A DNA stretch of 64,000 nucleotides from an uncultured bacterium. Its GTDB lineage: Bacteria; Fidelibacterota; Marinisomatia; Marinisomatales; UBA1611. Both the position numbers and the translations under genes were made by a program. This document shows positions 24,527 to 34,732 of this stretch, one piece after another. The stretch spans positions 6,457-70,456 of the forward strand of contig CAZEER010000003.1 in NCBI GenBank assembly GCA_964511215.1, given 5' to 3'. The notes below the pieces were generated by a model that was not told the origin of the DNA, made no database searches, and was given only the letters and a program-made list of their open reading frames with translations. Within the stretch, counting starts at the first letter, position 1, and each line of letters starts with the position of its first letter.

Positions 24527-26320
24527 ATGATGGCTGATATATTTTTTGTAATTGGTGTTCTTTTTTTTGGTTTTATTCTTTTTATCTCAGAACTGTTTTC
24601 AATTGACCTAACTGCAATGATTATTCTAACTATTCTATTTGTTATGGGTTATTTAACACCTCAAGAAGCATTGTCAGGGTTCTCTAACCCAGCAGTTATT
24701 ACCATTGCTTTTCTTTTTATTATAAGTCATGCACTTCAAAAAACGCGTATCCTAGAGTATTTGATTATTAGAGTGAGGAGGCTTGCAGATAGATCTATTC
24801 GTTTAGGAAGAGCCGTCTATCTATTAACTATTGGCTTGGCTTCGGCAGTAGTAAATAATACTGCGATCGTAGCTATTTTTATGCCTGTGAGTATTAGACT
24901 ATCTCAAAAATATAAAATGAGCCCTTCAAAAATCTTAATACCTTTAAGCTATGCAGCAATATTAGGCGGGACTTTAACTCTCGTAGGGACATCTACAAAT
25001 CTGCTTGTTAATTCAATTTATGCTCTAGAGCCAGGGGTAGAGCCTATGGGAATGTTTGAGTTTACTAAATATGGAATAATTTTGCTGGTTATAGGTCTTA
25101 CTTATATTTTATTTATTGCACCTCATCTTCTGCCATCACGTACTTCAACTTCAAGTTTAACAAAAAGTTACCATTTAGGTGGATATCTTACTGAAATGAA
25201 AATTGCTAATGAGTCACCGCTCAATGGCAAAACATGTATGGACAGAGGAATTAACAAAAATTATGATGTAATGGTGCTAGATATATTAAGAGATGGGAAA
25301 ATGATCACAAATAGTATTCGTTTAACTCGTTTAAAAGAAAATGATATTTTATTTGTGAGAGGGACTCTTGAAAATTTTTTACGTATGAAGGAAGTTGAAA
25401 AAGTTACATTACTTACGGATGAAAAACTTACTCAAGAAGAATTAGAAAAAGAAGACAATGTACTTGTAGAAGCTTTAATAACAGATAAATCTGACTTAGT
25501 TGGGCAGAGTTTGATGACAGGTAATTTTCGTAGAAGGTTTGGGCTCTTTATTATCGCAATTCGAAGGGAAGGTTCAATTTTGAGAAAAAAAATTGCACAT
25601 GTTGTTTTGAATGCTTATGATACTTTGCTTGTATACGGCCCAGAAAAAAAAGTAAATAATTTATCAGAAAATGGTGAATTTCTTGTTTTGGGTGAAGTGG
25701 ATGCTGAATTACAGAAACAACGTCTTTGGTGGATGACAATAGTTGCTATTCTCGGTACGATTACTTTAGCTGCTTTTGGGATTATGCCTATTGTAAAAAG
25801 TGCTATGCTAGGTGTTGTTGTATTATTAACTCTTAGAATTATAACTCCACAGGAAAGTTATCAATCAATAAACTGGCAGGTAATAATCTTAATTTCAGCA
25901 CTTATTCCAGTAGGGATCGTAATACAAAAAACTGGTACAGCAGAGTGGCTTGGTGGTTTTATAGCTTCTGCCACGAGTTCTGCTCCTAAGGATTGGCAAC
26001 CAAAAGTGCTTCTCGGATTAATATATTTAATAACGGTTGTTTTAACTGAAGTATCATCGAATGCAGCAACAGCTATAATCATGACGCCTATCGCACTAGC
26101 TGTAACTCAACAGATGGGGTTTGATCCTCGTGCTTTTGTTTTTGCAGTAGCATTTGCGGCTTCAGCATCTTTTATAACTCCTGTGGGTTACCAAACTAAT
26201 CTTATGGTCTATGGACCTGGGGGTTATAAATTTGGTGACTATATTCGTGTTGGATTACCCCTGGCATTAATTTTTTGGATAACAGCTATTTTTATTCTTC
26301 CAGTCTTATGGCCAATTTGA
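24527..26320 (+). CDS. DASS/SLC13-type anion transporter with two central TrkA-C (RCK_C) domains
   Basis: Polytopic N- and C-terminal halves (SNAATAIIMTPIA is typical of the CitMHS/DASS hairpin). The central soluble region has two TrkA-C-like repeats (GKTCMDRGI...DILFVRG and VGQSLMTGNFR...YDTLLVYG). Confidence 0.85.
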   Translation: MMADIFFVIGVLFFGFILFISELFSIDLTAMIILTILFVMGYLTPQEALSGFSNPAVITIAFLFIISHALQKTRILEYLIIRVRRLADRSIRLGRAVYLLTIGLASAVVNNTAIVAIFMPVSIRLSQKYKMSPSKILIPLSYAAILGGTLTLVGTSTNLLVNSIYALEPGVEPMGMFEFTKYGIILLVIGLTYILFIAPHLLPSRTSTSSLTKSYHLGGYLTEMKIANESPLNGKTCMDRGINKNYDVMVLDILRDGKMITNSIRLTRLKENDILFVRGTLENFLRMKEVEKVTLLTDEKLTQEELEKEDNVLVEALITDKSDLVGQSLMTGNFRRRFGLFIIAIRREGSILRKKIAHVVLNAYDTLLVYGPEKKVNNLSENGEFLVLGEVDAELQKQRLWWMTIVAILGTITLAAFGIMPIVKSAMLGVVVLLTLRIITPQESYQSINWQVIILISALIPVGIVIQKTGTAEWLGGFIASATSSAPKDWQPKVLLGLIYLITVVLTEVSSNAATAIIMTPIALAVTQQMGFDPRAFVFAVAFAASASFITPVGYQTNLMVYGPGGYKFGDYIRVGLPLALIFWITAIFILPVLWPI

Positions 26321-26612
26321 CAAAATAATTATTATAAGAATAAGATGAAATATGGATACCAGAAAACTATTTTTAAATTTCTTTAAGATGTAAACAATCA
26401 AATCCATTTTTGGTAAAATATATATATAGTTCAGTAATTATTTCAGTTTTGAATGTTGAACAATAACCTAGTATCAGTAATCATAAAGAATTACTACAGT
26501 CTCGTAGAAAAGTAAATATGATGTTAAAAAATGACAAAGATTAAATCTGAAATAATATCAAAATTACTTTACACTAACTCAAAATCTATTTAATAACTTT
26601 AAATCAAATTTT

Positions 26613-28010
26613 ATGGATATTAAACTCCAATCGGAATCACGGCTAGAATCATTTTTGGAAGACCCTGCAAAAGCATTATGGAGACTAGCAATTCCTATAA
26701 TGTTTGGAATGGGTATTCAAACATTTTATAATATAGTGGATATGTTGTTTATTGGGCGATTGGGTGGAGATGCAATCACTGGTATCGCATTTAATATGCC
26801 AATATTTTTTCTGATGCTAGGTCTGACTATGGGGCTGGGGTCAGGTGTCACAGCTTCTATAGCACGATTTATTGGTAAAAAAAATAAGGCTGGGGCAGAT
26901 AACAGTGCTGAACATGCATTGGCAATAGCAGGAATCATTGCTATAGTTTTTACAAGTATTGGCGTACTTTTTGGTGAGAATATATTATCCTTTCTTGGAG
27001 CTGAAGGGAATATCCATAGACTCGCTTGGGATTATCTATCTATGATTGTAGTAGGTTTGCCCTTTATGGTGTTTTCAGGCTTTTTCCGATCTATTTTGGC
27101 TGGAGAAGGGGATATGAAATTTCCAATGATGATTGCTGGTTTAGGCACAGTTTTAAATATATTATTAGATCCTATTTTTATTTTTAATCTAGAAAATTAT
27201 GGTAATATTGGATTTGGTATGGGGGTGAGAGGCGCCGCTCTAGCAACAGTTTTGTCACAACTAATAGTATTCATTATTTTTGTTTATATGCTATTTGTAA
27301 AAGATCATGCATACATTACTTTCCGGTTAAAATATTTTTCACCTTCAAAATTAATTCTTTGGGATATTATCAGGGTTGGTCTTCCTGCATCTTTATCAAT
27401 GGTAATTATGGCGATGGGGCAAGGAATTTTCAATAAAATTTTGATTCATTATTCTTCCCAAGCAGTTGCGGCATATCAAGTTGCAGGCAGACTAGATATG
27501 TTGATTTTTTTACCAATTTTTGCGATAGCAGGTGGTATGACCACTCTGGTTGGAATGTTTTATGGAGCTAAAGAAATTGAAGCGTTAAATCATATAATTG
27601 GATATGGTATTAAAAGTGCATTTTCCATAACTTTAATTGCTTCTTTATTTGTTTATGTATTTGCGAATACCTTTTCTTCATGGTTTACCAATGACCAAGA
27701 AATTATTGATGTATCAGTAAGTTTTTTAAGATTGCTTTGTCTCATTTATCCTTTGGTAGCTATAGCAATTACTTCTGGAAGAGTGATGCAAGGAATGGGT
27801 AGAGGATTGCCAGTTTTAATTATTACCATAGTCCGAGTACTGGGAATAAGTGCACCTTTATCACTTTATTTTAGTTTTGTATTAAATAAACCAATTGAGT
27901 GGAACTGGTATGCTATGATGATTGGAGCTGGCACTGCATTTTTGATTGCTATAACATGGGTTCGTGTTGAAATAAATAAGATAAATAAACTACATAGTGA
28001 AACTATATGA
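26613..28010 (+). CDS. MATE family efflux transporter
   Basis: 465 aa with 12 TM helices. The N-terminus LAIPIMFGMGIQTFYNIVDMLFIGRLG is typical of MatE/NorM proteins. Confidence 0.88.
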   Translation: MDIKLQSESRLESFLEDPAKALWRLAIPIMFGMGIQTFYNIVDMLFIGRLGGDAITGIAFNMPIFFLMLGLTMGLGSGVTASIARFIGKKNKAGADNSAEHALAIAGIIAIVFTSIGVLFGENILSFLGAEGNIHRLAWDYLSMIVVGLPFMVFSGFFRSILAGEGDMKFPMMIAGLGTVLNILLDPIFIFNLENYGNIGFGMGVRGAALATVLSQLIVFIIFVYMLFVKDHAYITFRLKYFSPSKLILWDIIRVGLPASLSMVIMAMGQGIFNKILIHYSSQAVAAYQVAGRLDMLIFLPIFAIAGGMTTLVGMFYGAKEIEALNHIIGYGIKSAFSITLIASLFVYVFANTFSSWFTNDQEIIDVSVSFLRLLCLIYPLVAIAITSGRVMQGMGRGLPVLIITIVRVLGISAPLSLYFSFVLNKPIEWNWYAMMIGAGTAFLIAITWVRVEINKINKLHSETI

Positions 28011-28285
28011 GCCTTTTAACAGATTTTCAGATTCAAAACCTTTTAAAAAATCTTACTGATTGGGAATATATAGATAACTCTATTCAAAAAACTTATGTAT
28101 TCACTTCGTATATGGATAGTATTGAATTTATAAACCGATTAGCTGAGAAAGCTGAAGCAGCCAATCATCATCCTGATATAATTGTAGGTTGGCGTAAGGT
28201 TAAATTATCTTTTACCTCCCATGATCAAGGGGGTGTTACATCTTCATGTATAGAAATGGCGATACAGGCAGACTTAGTATTATAA
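28007..28285 (+). CDS. phhB: Pterin-4-alpha-carbinolamine dehydratase
   Basis: 92 aa. W.......L.K.Y.F..Y...EFINRLAEKAEAANHHPDI...W..V.L.F.SHD matches the PCD/DCoH signature. Confidence 0.88.
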   Translation: MSLLTDFQIQNLLKNLTDWEYIDNSIQKTYVFTSYMDSIEFINRLAEKAEAANHHPDIIVGWRKVKLSFTSHDQGGVTSSCIEMAIQADLVL

Positions 28286-28288
28286 AGG

Positions 28289-28855
28289 TTAAATTTTTCT
28301 GCTAATTATTAATAATCCTGTACAGACACATGATTTAACTATATCGCCAATTAAGAATGGATAAAAGCCTATAGTTAAGGCTTTTTCAATACCTAAATCA
28401 AAGGAAATTAGGTAAAGTACACCAGTTATAAGGATTATTGTTGTAGATACCAAACAAGATATAAAGCTACTTAGGTAGTTTTTCGTAAATCCCTTTTCTG
28501 CTAAAAAACCAATTAGGAATACAGCTAAAACAAATCCCCATAGGTAACCACCAGTTGGGCCAATTAGTATGTGGATACCTCCTTTAAATTGCGCAAAAAC
28601 GGGTATCCCAATTGCACCTTCAAAAAGATAACATAGAACAGCCAACACCCCACGTTGGGCACCTAATAATCCTCCAACTAAAACTACTCCAATAGTTTGC
28701 CCTGTTATGGGGACCGGGCTATGTGGTAGGGGGATAGAAATTTGTGCTAATATGGCTATGAATAAAGATCCAAGTAGGATTGAAAAAATATTAGCAGTTT
28801 TTTCATCAATTGAAAGAATACCATTATGATTTAAATAAATTGTTCTTGTTTTCAT
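28289..28855 (-). CDS. bioY: Biotin transporter BioY
   Basis: 188 aa with six TM helices. The motifs PITGQTIGVVLVG and GPTGGYLWGF are characteristic of BioY. Confidence 0.85.
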   Translation of the reverse strand: MKTRTIYLNHNGILSIDEKTANIFSILLGSLFIAILAQISIPLPHSPVPITGQTIGVVLVGGLLGAQRGVLAVLCYLFEGAIGIPVFAQFKGGIHILIGPTGGYLWGFVLAVFLIGFLAEKGFTKNYLSSFISCLVSTTIILITGVLYLISFDLGIEKALTIGFYPFLIGDIVKSCVCTGLLIISRKI

Positions 28856-28875
28856 AATTGTAAATTATTCAATAT

Positions 28876-29634
28876 TTATATAATTGGCTTATGAAAGATT
28901 ACTTTTATTAACCAATTGTAAATGGTATTAGGAATTATACGTGCAATCCAGATTAAAATTTTGTAATACCATGGATATACATAGGTACTTGTGCCCTTAT
29001 TAATAATTTTAATGAACTTTTTTGCAGCGTTATTTGCCGATTTCATAGGCCATTTTCTTGCAGGTCCTTTCACCATAGGAGTGTCAATAAAGCCTGGGCA
29101 AATAGATATAGTTTTGATATTGTACCTTTGTAAGGTAGGACGCCAAGAATCAAAAATCATGCGTATCGCAATCTTAGAACTTGCATAACCCCCATGATAA
29201 GGAAGAGGCATAAAGCTTGCGACAGAGCTAATGCATACTAAAGAACCATTTTTCTGTTTTTTCATTATTGGAATAAAAGGCATCAATGTATTAGTAACAC
29301 CAAGAATATTAGTTGTTAGTATTTGATTAATATTTCTACTAGAGCCACTGTAGAGGTTATCATCACCTCCAATTCCAGCATTTGCGATAACACAATCTAT
29401 TCCTCCAGTGATTTCAAGAAAATTATTGGCAACTATTTTACATTTTTTTTGGTCACATACATCTAGCTCATAAACAATTGGTTTTCCACCAAGTTTTTCA
29501 CATTCATCAGCAATATTATTAAGTATTTCAACTCTTCGTGCAGAAATCCCAATGGTACATTTTTGTTTAGCATACATATAAGCAAGTGCTTTACCAATAC
29601 CTGAAGAGACACCTGTAATAAAAATATTTTTCAT
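28876..29634 (-). CDS. Short-chain dehydrogenase/reductase (SDR)
   Basis: TGVSSGIG (TGxxxGxG) and NAG motifs, with catalytic S...YxxxK (YASSKIA). Confidence 0.88.
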   Translation of the reverse strand: MKNIFITGVSSGIGKALAYMYAKQKCTIGISARRVEILNNIADECEKLGGKPIVYELDVCDQKKCKIVANNFLEITGGIDCVIANAGIGGDDNLYSGSSRNINQILTTNILGVTNTLMPFIPIMKKQKNGSLVCISSVASFMPLPYHGGYASSKIAIRMIFDSWRPTLQRYNIKTISICPGFIDTPMVKGPARKWPMKSANNAAKKFIKIINKGTSTYVYPWYYKILIWIARIIPNTIYNWLIKVIFHKPII

Positions 29635-30533
29635 AAATTAAACCTGTCACCTTCTCGAGCGACATTGAATCTGTTTGATCTAATTATTTTTGAAGCTGCA
29701 CCATTTTTCACTATTGCGGGGTTGGAGTGATTAAAATGAATAAAATGAATTTTATTTCTATTTTTTGTATTCAACATTTTTAATGTTTCTATTGTTTCAA
29801 TAATAAAAGGATGAGGTATTTCACTCATATCTCTATTGGGTAATTCATCTTGAGAATAAAAGGTTCCATCAAGAAGTGCAAAATCTGTATTTAAAACAAT
29901 TTGAAAAATGTCTTGGTCCCATTTTTCCCATTTATCTATATCAGGTATATAAATTAGTGATTTAGCATCGCTCATGATCCTATAGCCAACAGTCTCTGAA
30001 TATTCATCCCTATGGGGTACCAGAAAAGGTTCAATAAATAACTGATCACTAAGTTTTATTTCTCGATTATTTTGGATATGAGAGATCGTAATATTATTAA
30101 GAGAAATTAGTTGGTTCCATGGTCCATTATTTTTAAGAAATTTTCCCATTTTCGGCATGACATATACAGGGATATTTTTTGCCCCCATGACTTCCCGCCC
30201 AAGATGTAATAAACCTGTATAGTGTCCCATATGTGCGTGAGTTAAGAATATACCTGATAATTCACTATCATGGGATTTTTTTAGAATTCTTGTTTGGTAT
30301 GCAAAATCTGGAGTAGCATCAATGATCCAACTTTTGTTATTGCGTGGGTCAACAATTCCAATGCAAGAGACCTTTTCTTTTAGACCTGATTCCCAAAGAT
30401 TTTGGCAACAATGTTTTTCACATCCTGCGTGAGGAAAACCACCATCTTGAGCAATGCCAAGGACTACTATGTAAGGAGTCTCTCTTGAATATAAAAAACC
30501 AATAATCAGTAATATGAATAAAAAGAGTTTCAT
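29631..30533 (-). CDS. Secreted MBL-fold metallo-hydrolase, PqqB-like
   Basis: It has a signal peptide. VLGIAQDGGFPHAGCEKHCC resembles the PqqB N-terminus (LGSAAGGGFPQWNC.C). THAHMGH is the HxHxxH-type metal motif. It overlaps both neighbours by 4 nt. Confidence 0.72.
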   Translation of the reverse strand: MKLFLFILLIIGFLYSRETPYIVVLGIAQDGGFPHAGCEKHCCQNLWESGLKEKVSCIGIVDPRNNKSWIIDATPDFAYQTRILKKSHDSELSGIFLTHAHMGHYTGLLHLGREVMGAKNIPVYVMPKMGKFLKNNGPWNQLISLNNITISHIQNNREIKLSDQLFIEPFLVPHRDEYSETVGYRIMSDAKSLIYIPDIDKWEKWDQDIFQIVLNTDFALLDGTFYSQDELPNRDMSEIPHPFIIETIETLKMLNTKNRNKIHFIHFNHSNPAIVKNGAASKIIRSNRFNVAREGDRFNL

Positions 30534-31648
30534 AACTTTATTTGAATTTTTCTCCTATACATCCAATATAAAACAAACCAGAATCCTACTACATGTGTCA
30601 GCGCAAAAAGTAAAGATCCATTTAAGTCGTCTCCAGCTAGAGGAACAAAAATTGTTTTATAGAGATAATTGTGTGCACTGGTCATCTCTCCATCTAGGTT
30701 TAAATTTTTATAGAAACCAATCGTTTTTGCCCATAAGCCTGCCAAGATAAAAAGAAAGATTGAATTTGTACCAAATACTTCGAAAACCCAGAATGGTTTT
30801 TTCCAGAGTTTTATATCAATCAAAAATGTAAGTCCTGCTAAAATTATTGCTCCGATTCCTCCTGTGAATAAAACATAAGAACTAGTCCATAATGGTTTAT
30901 TTATAGGGAAGATAAATCCCCAGACGTATCCAGTAATAAGCAGTATAAAGCCAAAAATAGTCATTCGTTTTGCACAATCTGTATAATTTTTGGTTGTATG
31001 AAGCATCCCACCCATTAGATAACCAATAATCACAGTGCCGATTGATGGGATTGTACTTAGCAACCCTTCAGGATCAAAACGAATTCCAAATCCATTCCAA
31101 AGATGCTGCTTACCTAAAATGAAAATATCAATCTTTCGTGCCAGATTTGTTTCAAGGCTGTAAACCTGACCAGTACCACCTAACCACATTAATCCCCAAT
31201 AAAATAATAGAATCCCTGTTAATATTTTAGTCAATTGTCTAAAGTCATACCTAATGATTAGACATGCACTCAGACCATATGCAAGTGCAATACGCTGCAG
31301 TACACCCATTATTCTAAATGTTGACCAGTCCCAATCTTGGCGAATAAAAGGGTATGCTTGAAGCAAAATACCTGCAGTGAAAATTGAAAATGTTCTCCAG
31401 AATATATGTTTATAAAATTGTTTTGACGGGAAATAATGCCACTTAACAAAAGCAAATCTCATGGAAGACCCAACCAGAAAAAGGAAGAATGGAAAAACTA
31501 AATCAGTAAGAGTACAACCATTCCATTTGGCATGTAACAGAGGTGCATAGACGTGTCCCCAACTACCGGGATTATTTACAATAATCATCAAGGATATAGT
31601 AATGCCTCTAAAAATATCAATTGAATAAATTCGTCTTGGTTTTGACAT
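30530..31648 (-). CDS. DUF1624/DUF5009 polytopic membrane protein (heparan-alpha-glucosaminide N-acetyltransferase-like)
   Basis: The start is reassigned to MSKPRRIYSIDIFRGITI (ATG 31648, 2 nt after the SSS stop). R..S.D.FRG... is the family N-terminus and the protein has about 10 TM helices. The track extension to 31801 overlaps the upstream gene. Confidence 0.7.
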   Translation of the reverse strand: MSKPRRIYSIDIFRGITISLMIIVNNPGSWGHVYAPLLHAKWNGCTLTDLVFPFFLFLVGSSMRFAFVKWHYFPSKQFYKHIFWRTFSIFTAGILLQAYPFIRQDWDWSTFRIMGVLQRIALAYGLSACLIIRYDFRQLTKILTGILLFYWGLMWLGGTGQVYSLETNLARKIDIFILGKQHLWNGFGIRFDPEGLLSTIPSIGTVIIGYLMGGMLHTTKNYTDCAKRMTIFGFILLITGYVWGFIFPINKPLWTSSYVLFTGGIGAIILAGLTFLIDIKLWKKPFWVFEVFGTNSIFLFILAGLWAKTIGFYKNLNLDGEMTSAHNYLYKTIFVPLAGDDLNGSLLFALTHVVGFWFVLYWMYRRKIQIKL

Positions 31649-31650
31649 AT

Positions 31651-33483
31651 TTAGTGAAGTTTTGATAGGCTTCTGTTCCAGATTAAATAAGAACCTATTA
31701 ATGCAGCACCTAATAGCAAGACAGCATTTCCAAAGTTTTTGAAAATTAAGTTCCCTATTCCAAATGTGAATCCATATATCATCAATATACCGGCAATCCA
31801 TTGGAGCAAGAATCCATTACTTACTGGTTGGAGTGTATGTTTAAAGTCTTTTATAACAGGTTTCCACCATCCGCCAGGTTGAACTTTATCATAAAATAAT
31901 TGTAGTTGATCTAATGGCTCGGGCTTTGTCATAAGAGTAGCAGTTATCCATGTTATAACAGCAAGCGGTACAATAATCATTAGCTTATGATGCACCTGTA
32001 GACTGATATTAAATAATACTGGAGCAGATCCAAAAAGTGAATATTCACTCCCATCTGCAATTGTTTGAAAATATGCAATAATTTCTAATGTGCTTGTTAT
32101 GATTATTGATGTACCAAGTGCTGTAATCTCACTCCACGCATTTATACGCCACCAAAACCAACGTAGGATTAGTACTAGGCCTATTCCTGCACCCATTGAA
32201 AAAATAAATTCCCATGCTTTTGAGATACTCTGCATTTTTAATGCAGTAAATGCTGAAAGGATCATAAGAATCACCGTAATGATTTTTCCTACAATAACAT
32301 AATGGTTCTCAGATTCATTAGGTTTAAAAAATCTTTTGTATACATCATTTATAAGGTAAGACGCCCCCCAATTTAAATGAGTATCAATCGTAGACATGAA
32401 GGCTGCAAGAAAAGAAACAATAAGAATTCCTTTAAGACCTGGGCCAAGGAGCGCATTCATGACAAGCGGATACCCTGCTTTCACTCCAAGTTCTGAATAT
32501 GATTCAGGTATTAAAGGGAACATCGTGATTGAGACAACTGCTACGATGATCCATGGCCAAACTCGCAGGGCATAATGTGCAAGATTATACCAAAGAGTGG
32601 CCAATAATGCATGATGCTCATTTTTTGCCGATGACATTCTTTGAATAATATATCCTCCACCATCTGTTCCATGATGACTCCACCACATAATTGTAATAAA
32701 AATTAGAAATTTTGAGAAAGGAGACTCCCAGAAAATTGATGTAGAAATATTTGAATCTGGTATAGGCGGAATAAATTTTAAAGTGTTATCATGTACAATA
32801 CCTGTATCTTGGAGCATCGATAATTTGCTTAGTAATGAGTCCATTCCACCAATATGATTTAGTGCAATTATTGCAAGTGCAATAGAACCAAACATTGCTA
32901 TAAAGAATTGGACAAGGTCAGTTATAACTACACCCCAGAATCCAGATAAAATAGCATATACGAGAGCAATTACAACGCAGATCCATACTGCATTCCATTT
33001 ATCCATATTAAGCATAACGGATACAACTGAAGCCATTGCATTGATCACCCAGCCCATCACAATGAAATTATAAAGAATAGAGAAGTATCCTGCCTTAAAT
33101 GCTCTGAGAAAGGCAGCTGGTTTACCACTATATCTTATTTCTAATAATTCATTGTCCGTCAATACTTCTGCCCGGCGCCATAATCGAGAAAATAGAAAAA
33201 CCCCCAATAATGAACCCATGAGCAAATTCCACCAAAACCAATTCTGCCAAATACCTGATCCGCGGACAAATTCAGTTATGGCAAGAGGAGTATCGGCAGC
33301 GAATGTTGTTGCAACCATAGATGTACCAACAATCCACCATGGAAGTGAACGACCTGAAAGAAAATATTCTTCTGTATTTGAGGCAGCCCTTTTAGAGAAA
33401 TATATCCCAACTCCTAATGAAAAAATTATGTAGGAGATAATTATTGTCCAGTCAATCCAATGAAGTGATACAGATTCAATCAT
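31651..33483 (-). CDS. Sodium:solute symporter (SSS) family transporter
   Basis: 610 aa. LHWIDWTIIISY...EEYFLSGRSLPWW...VATTFAADTPL is the typical SSS N-terminus, with 13 or more TM helices. Confidence 0.88.
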   Translation of the reverse strand: MIESVSLHWIDWTIIISYIIFSLGVGIYFSKRAASNTEEYFLSGRSLPWWIVGTSMVATTFAADTPLAITEFVRGSGIWQNWFWWNLLMGSLLGVFLFSRLWRRAEVLTDNELLEIRYSGKPAAFLRAFKAGYFSILYNFIVMGWVINAMASVVSVMLNMDKWNAVWICVVIALVYAILSGFWGVVITDLVQFFIAMFGSIALAIIALNHIGGMDSLLSKLSMLQDTGIVHDNTLKFIPPIPDSNISTSIFWESPFSKFLIFITIMWWSHHGTDGGGYIIQRMSSAKNEHHALLATLWYNLAHYALRVWPWIIVAVVSITMFPLIPESYSELGVKAGYPLVMNALLGPGLKGILIVSFLAAFMSTIDTHLNWGASYLINDVYKRFFKPNESENHYVIVGKIITVILMILSAFTALKMQSISKAWEFIFSMGAGIGLVLILRWFWWRINAWSEITALGTSIIITSTLEIIAYFQTIADGSEYSLFGSAPVLFNISLQVHHKLMIIVPLAVITWITATLMTKPEPLDQLQLFYDKVQPGGWWKPVIKDFKHTLQPVSNGFLLQWIAGILMIYGFTFGIGNLIFKNFGNAVLLLGAALIGSYLIWNRSLSKLH

Positions 33484-34732
33484 AAAGTTTTTTTAGAGTT
33501 GTAGATAAAAAATAATGTGATAAAATTTTTTTAGTAGATTTATTTTGTAACGCCATTACCAATGCCCCAATCTGGCAGAGACCTACTCCATGCCCCCAGC
33601 CTGCTCCTTTTAACGTTATTGAATCTAAATTATTATTTGTATCCAAATTTGGAATAGTTATAAATGCAGAACTATATAAAAATTTATTATGTAGAACTCT
33701 TCTGATTTCATATTCACTCACAATGATTGCTTTATAAGGTTTAGTATTTTTAATTCCTTCAATCTTTAATTTTATTATTCTTCCAGAAACCCCACGTTTT
33801 AAGGCTTTTATTGATAAAATTGAATCAAATGCAATTCCTAATTTTTTATAGATCATTTCTTTTAATTCAATTATAGAATAAGTGAATTCCCAACGAAAAT
33901 AGTCACCCTTTTTATCTACGACTCCAATATATTTTTTCAAATTGTTATTACTAATGTATTTATTACTGCAATAACATTCAGGATAAGTTTTCATCCAATG
34001 TTCAAGGTCATTAATTTTATTAAAATCTGGTAAATCAATTTTTTCACTATCAGGAATTCCACGCAAATAGGGTTTAGGTTTTTCATCCCAAACGTTTTCA
34101 TTGTTTTCTGATATACCACCACATGATTTTGAATATCGAGTATCACAAATTTTATTATTAAAAATTAAGAATTGGCCACGAGTCATTTCTACTGAAGACT
34201 TAGACGCTTGTGTTAAGTTCTTTATGCCTTGATAACGTTGACAGCAATCATCATTGCATGCATCAATACCAAGAGCAGCATGTTTTTGCTCTGCTGCAGC
34301 TACAATCCATGATCTTGCTGCGATTGTTTGTGCTTTTAGTAATGCGGGTGGACATGCATTGCTCATTTCTGATATAGCGACACACATTAAATACATTTCT
34401 AATTTAATTTCATTCACTACAAATAGAGAATTACTTCTATTTGAGATAAATAAATTACCAGGAACTTGTATAGTAATATTTTTTTCCCAATGAAATCCAC
34501 GTCCAGTAGGAACCGGATGAATCAGAAAATATAAATTATGTGTTGATTGTTTTAGTTTAAAATTTTTTAAGTGCTTATTATTAACGATAAGGTGTGTATC
34601 TGCTGCAGTTATAGAATATTTTTTCTTTTTATTCTGTGTACTTATCTCTAGTGAATTTTGTTTATCACTGGGAAGGACTATGCCAATTGAGATTGTTGGC
34701 TCTTTCTTTGGAATCTCGCCACTTGTTAACAT
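33476..34732 (-). CDS. SpoIID/LytB domain protein (peptidoglycan-cleaving / amidase enhancer family)
   Basis: ISEMSNACPPALLKAQTIAARSW matches the SpoIID core (E....P.EALKAQAVAARTY), followed by DDCCQRYQG and GHGVGLCQIGA. Confidence 0.8.
   Translation of the reverse strand: MLTSGEIPKKEPTISIGIVLPSDKQNSLEISTQNKKKKYSITAADTHLIVNNKHLKNFKLKQSTHNLYFLIHPVPTGRGFHWEKNITIQVPGNLFISNRSNSLFVVNEIKLEMYLMCVAISEMSNACPPALLKAQTIAARSWIVAAAEQKHAALGIDACNDDCCQRYQGIKNLTQASKSSVEMTRGQFLIFNNKICDTRYSKSCGGISENNENVWDEKPKPYLRGIPDSEKIDLPDFNKINDLEHWMKTYPECYCSNKYISNNNLKKYIGVVDKKGDYFRWEFTYSIIELKEMIYKKLGIAFDSILSIKALKRGVSGRIIKLKIEGIKNTKPYKAIIVSEYEIRRVLHNKFLYSSAFITIPNLDTNNNLDSITLKGAGWGHGVGLCQIGALVMALQNKSTKKILSHYFLSTTLKKLYD

Noticed and set aside
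26321-26612. 292-bp intergenic region upstream of the MATE transporter, examined for a riboswitch or small RNA
   Set aside because: I found no convincing conserved stem architecture or known riboswitch core by eye. The sequence is AT-rich and unstructured-looking. A covariance-model scan would be needed to say more.
30530-31801. Track start of the DUF1624-like ORF at 31801 (MDCRYIDD...), overlapping the SSS gene by about 150 nt
   Set aside because: The N-terminal 51 residues are Cys/Trp-rich, non-homologous-looking sequence lying inside the upstream gene. The family N-terminus (RIYSIDIFRG) begins at the ATG at 31648, 2 nt after the SSS stop.
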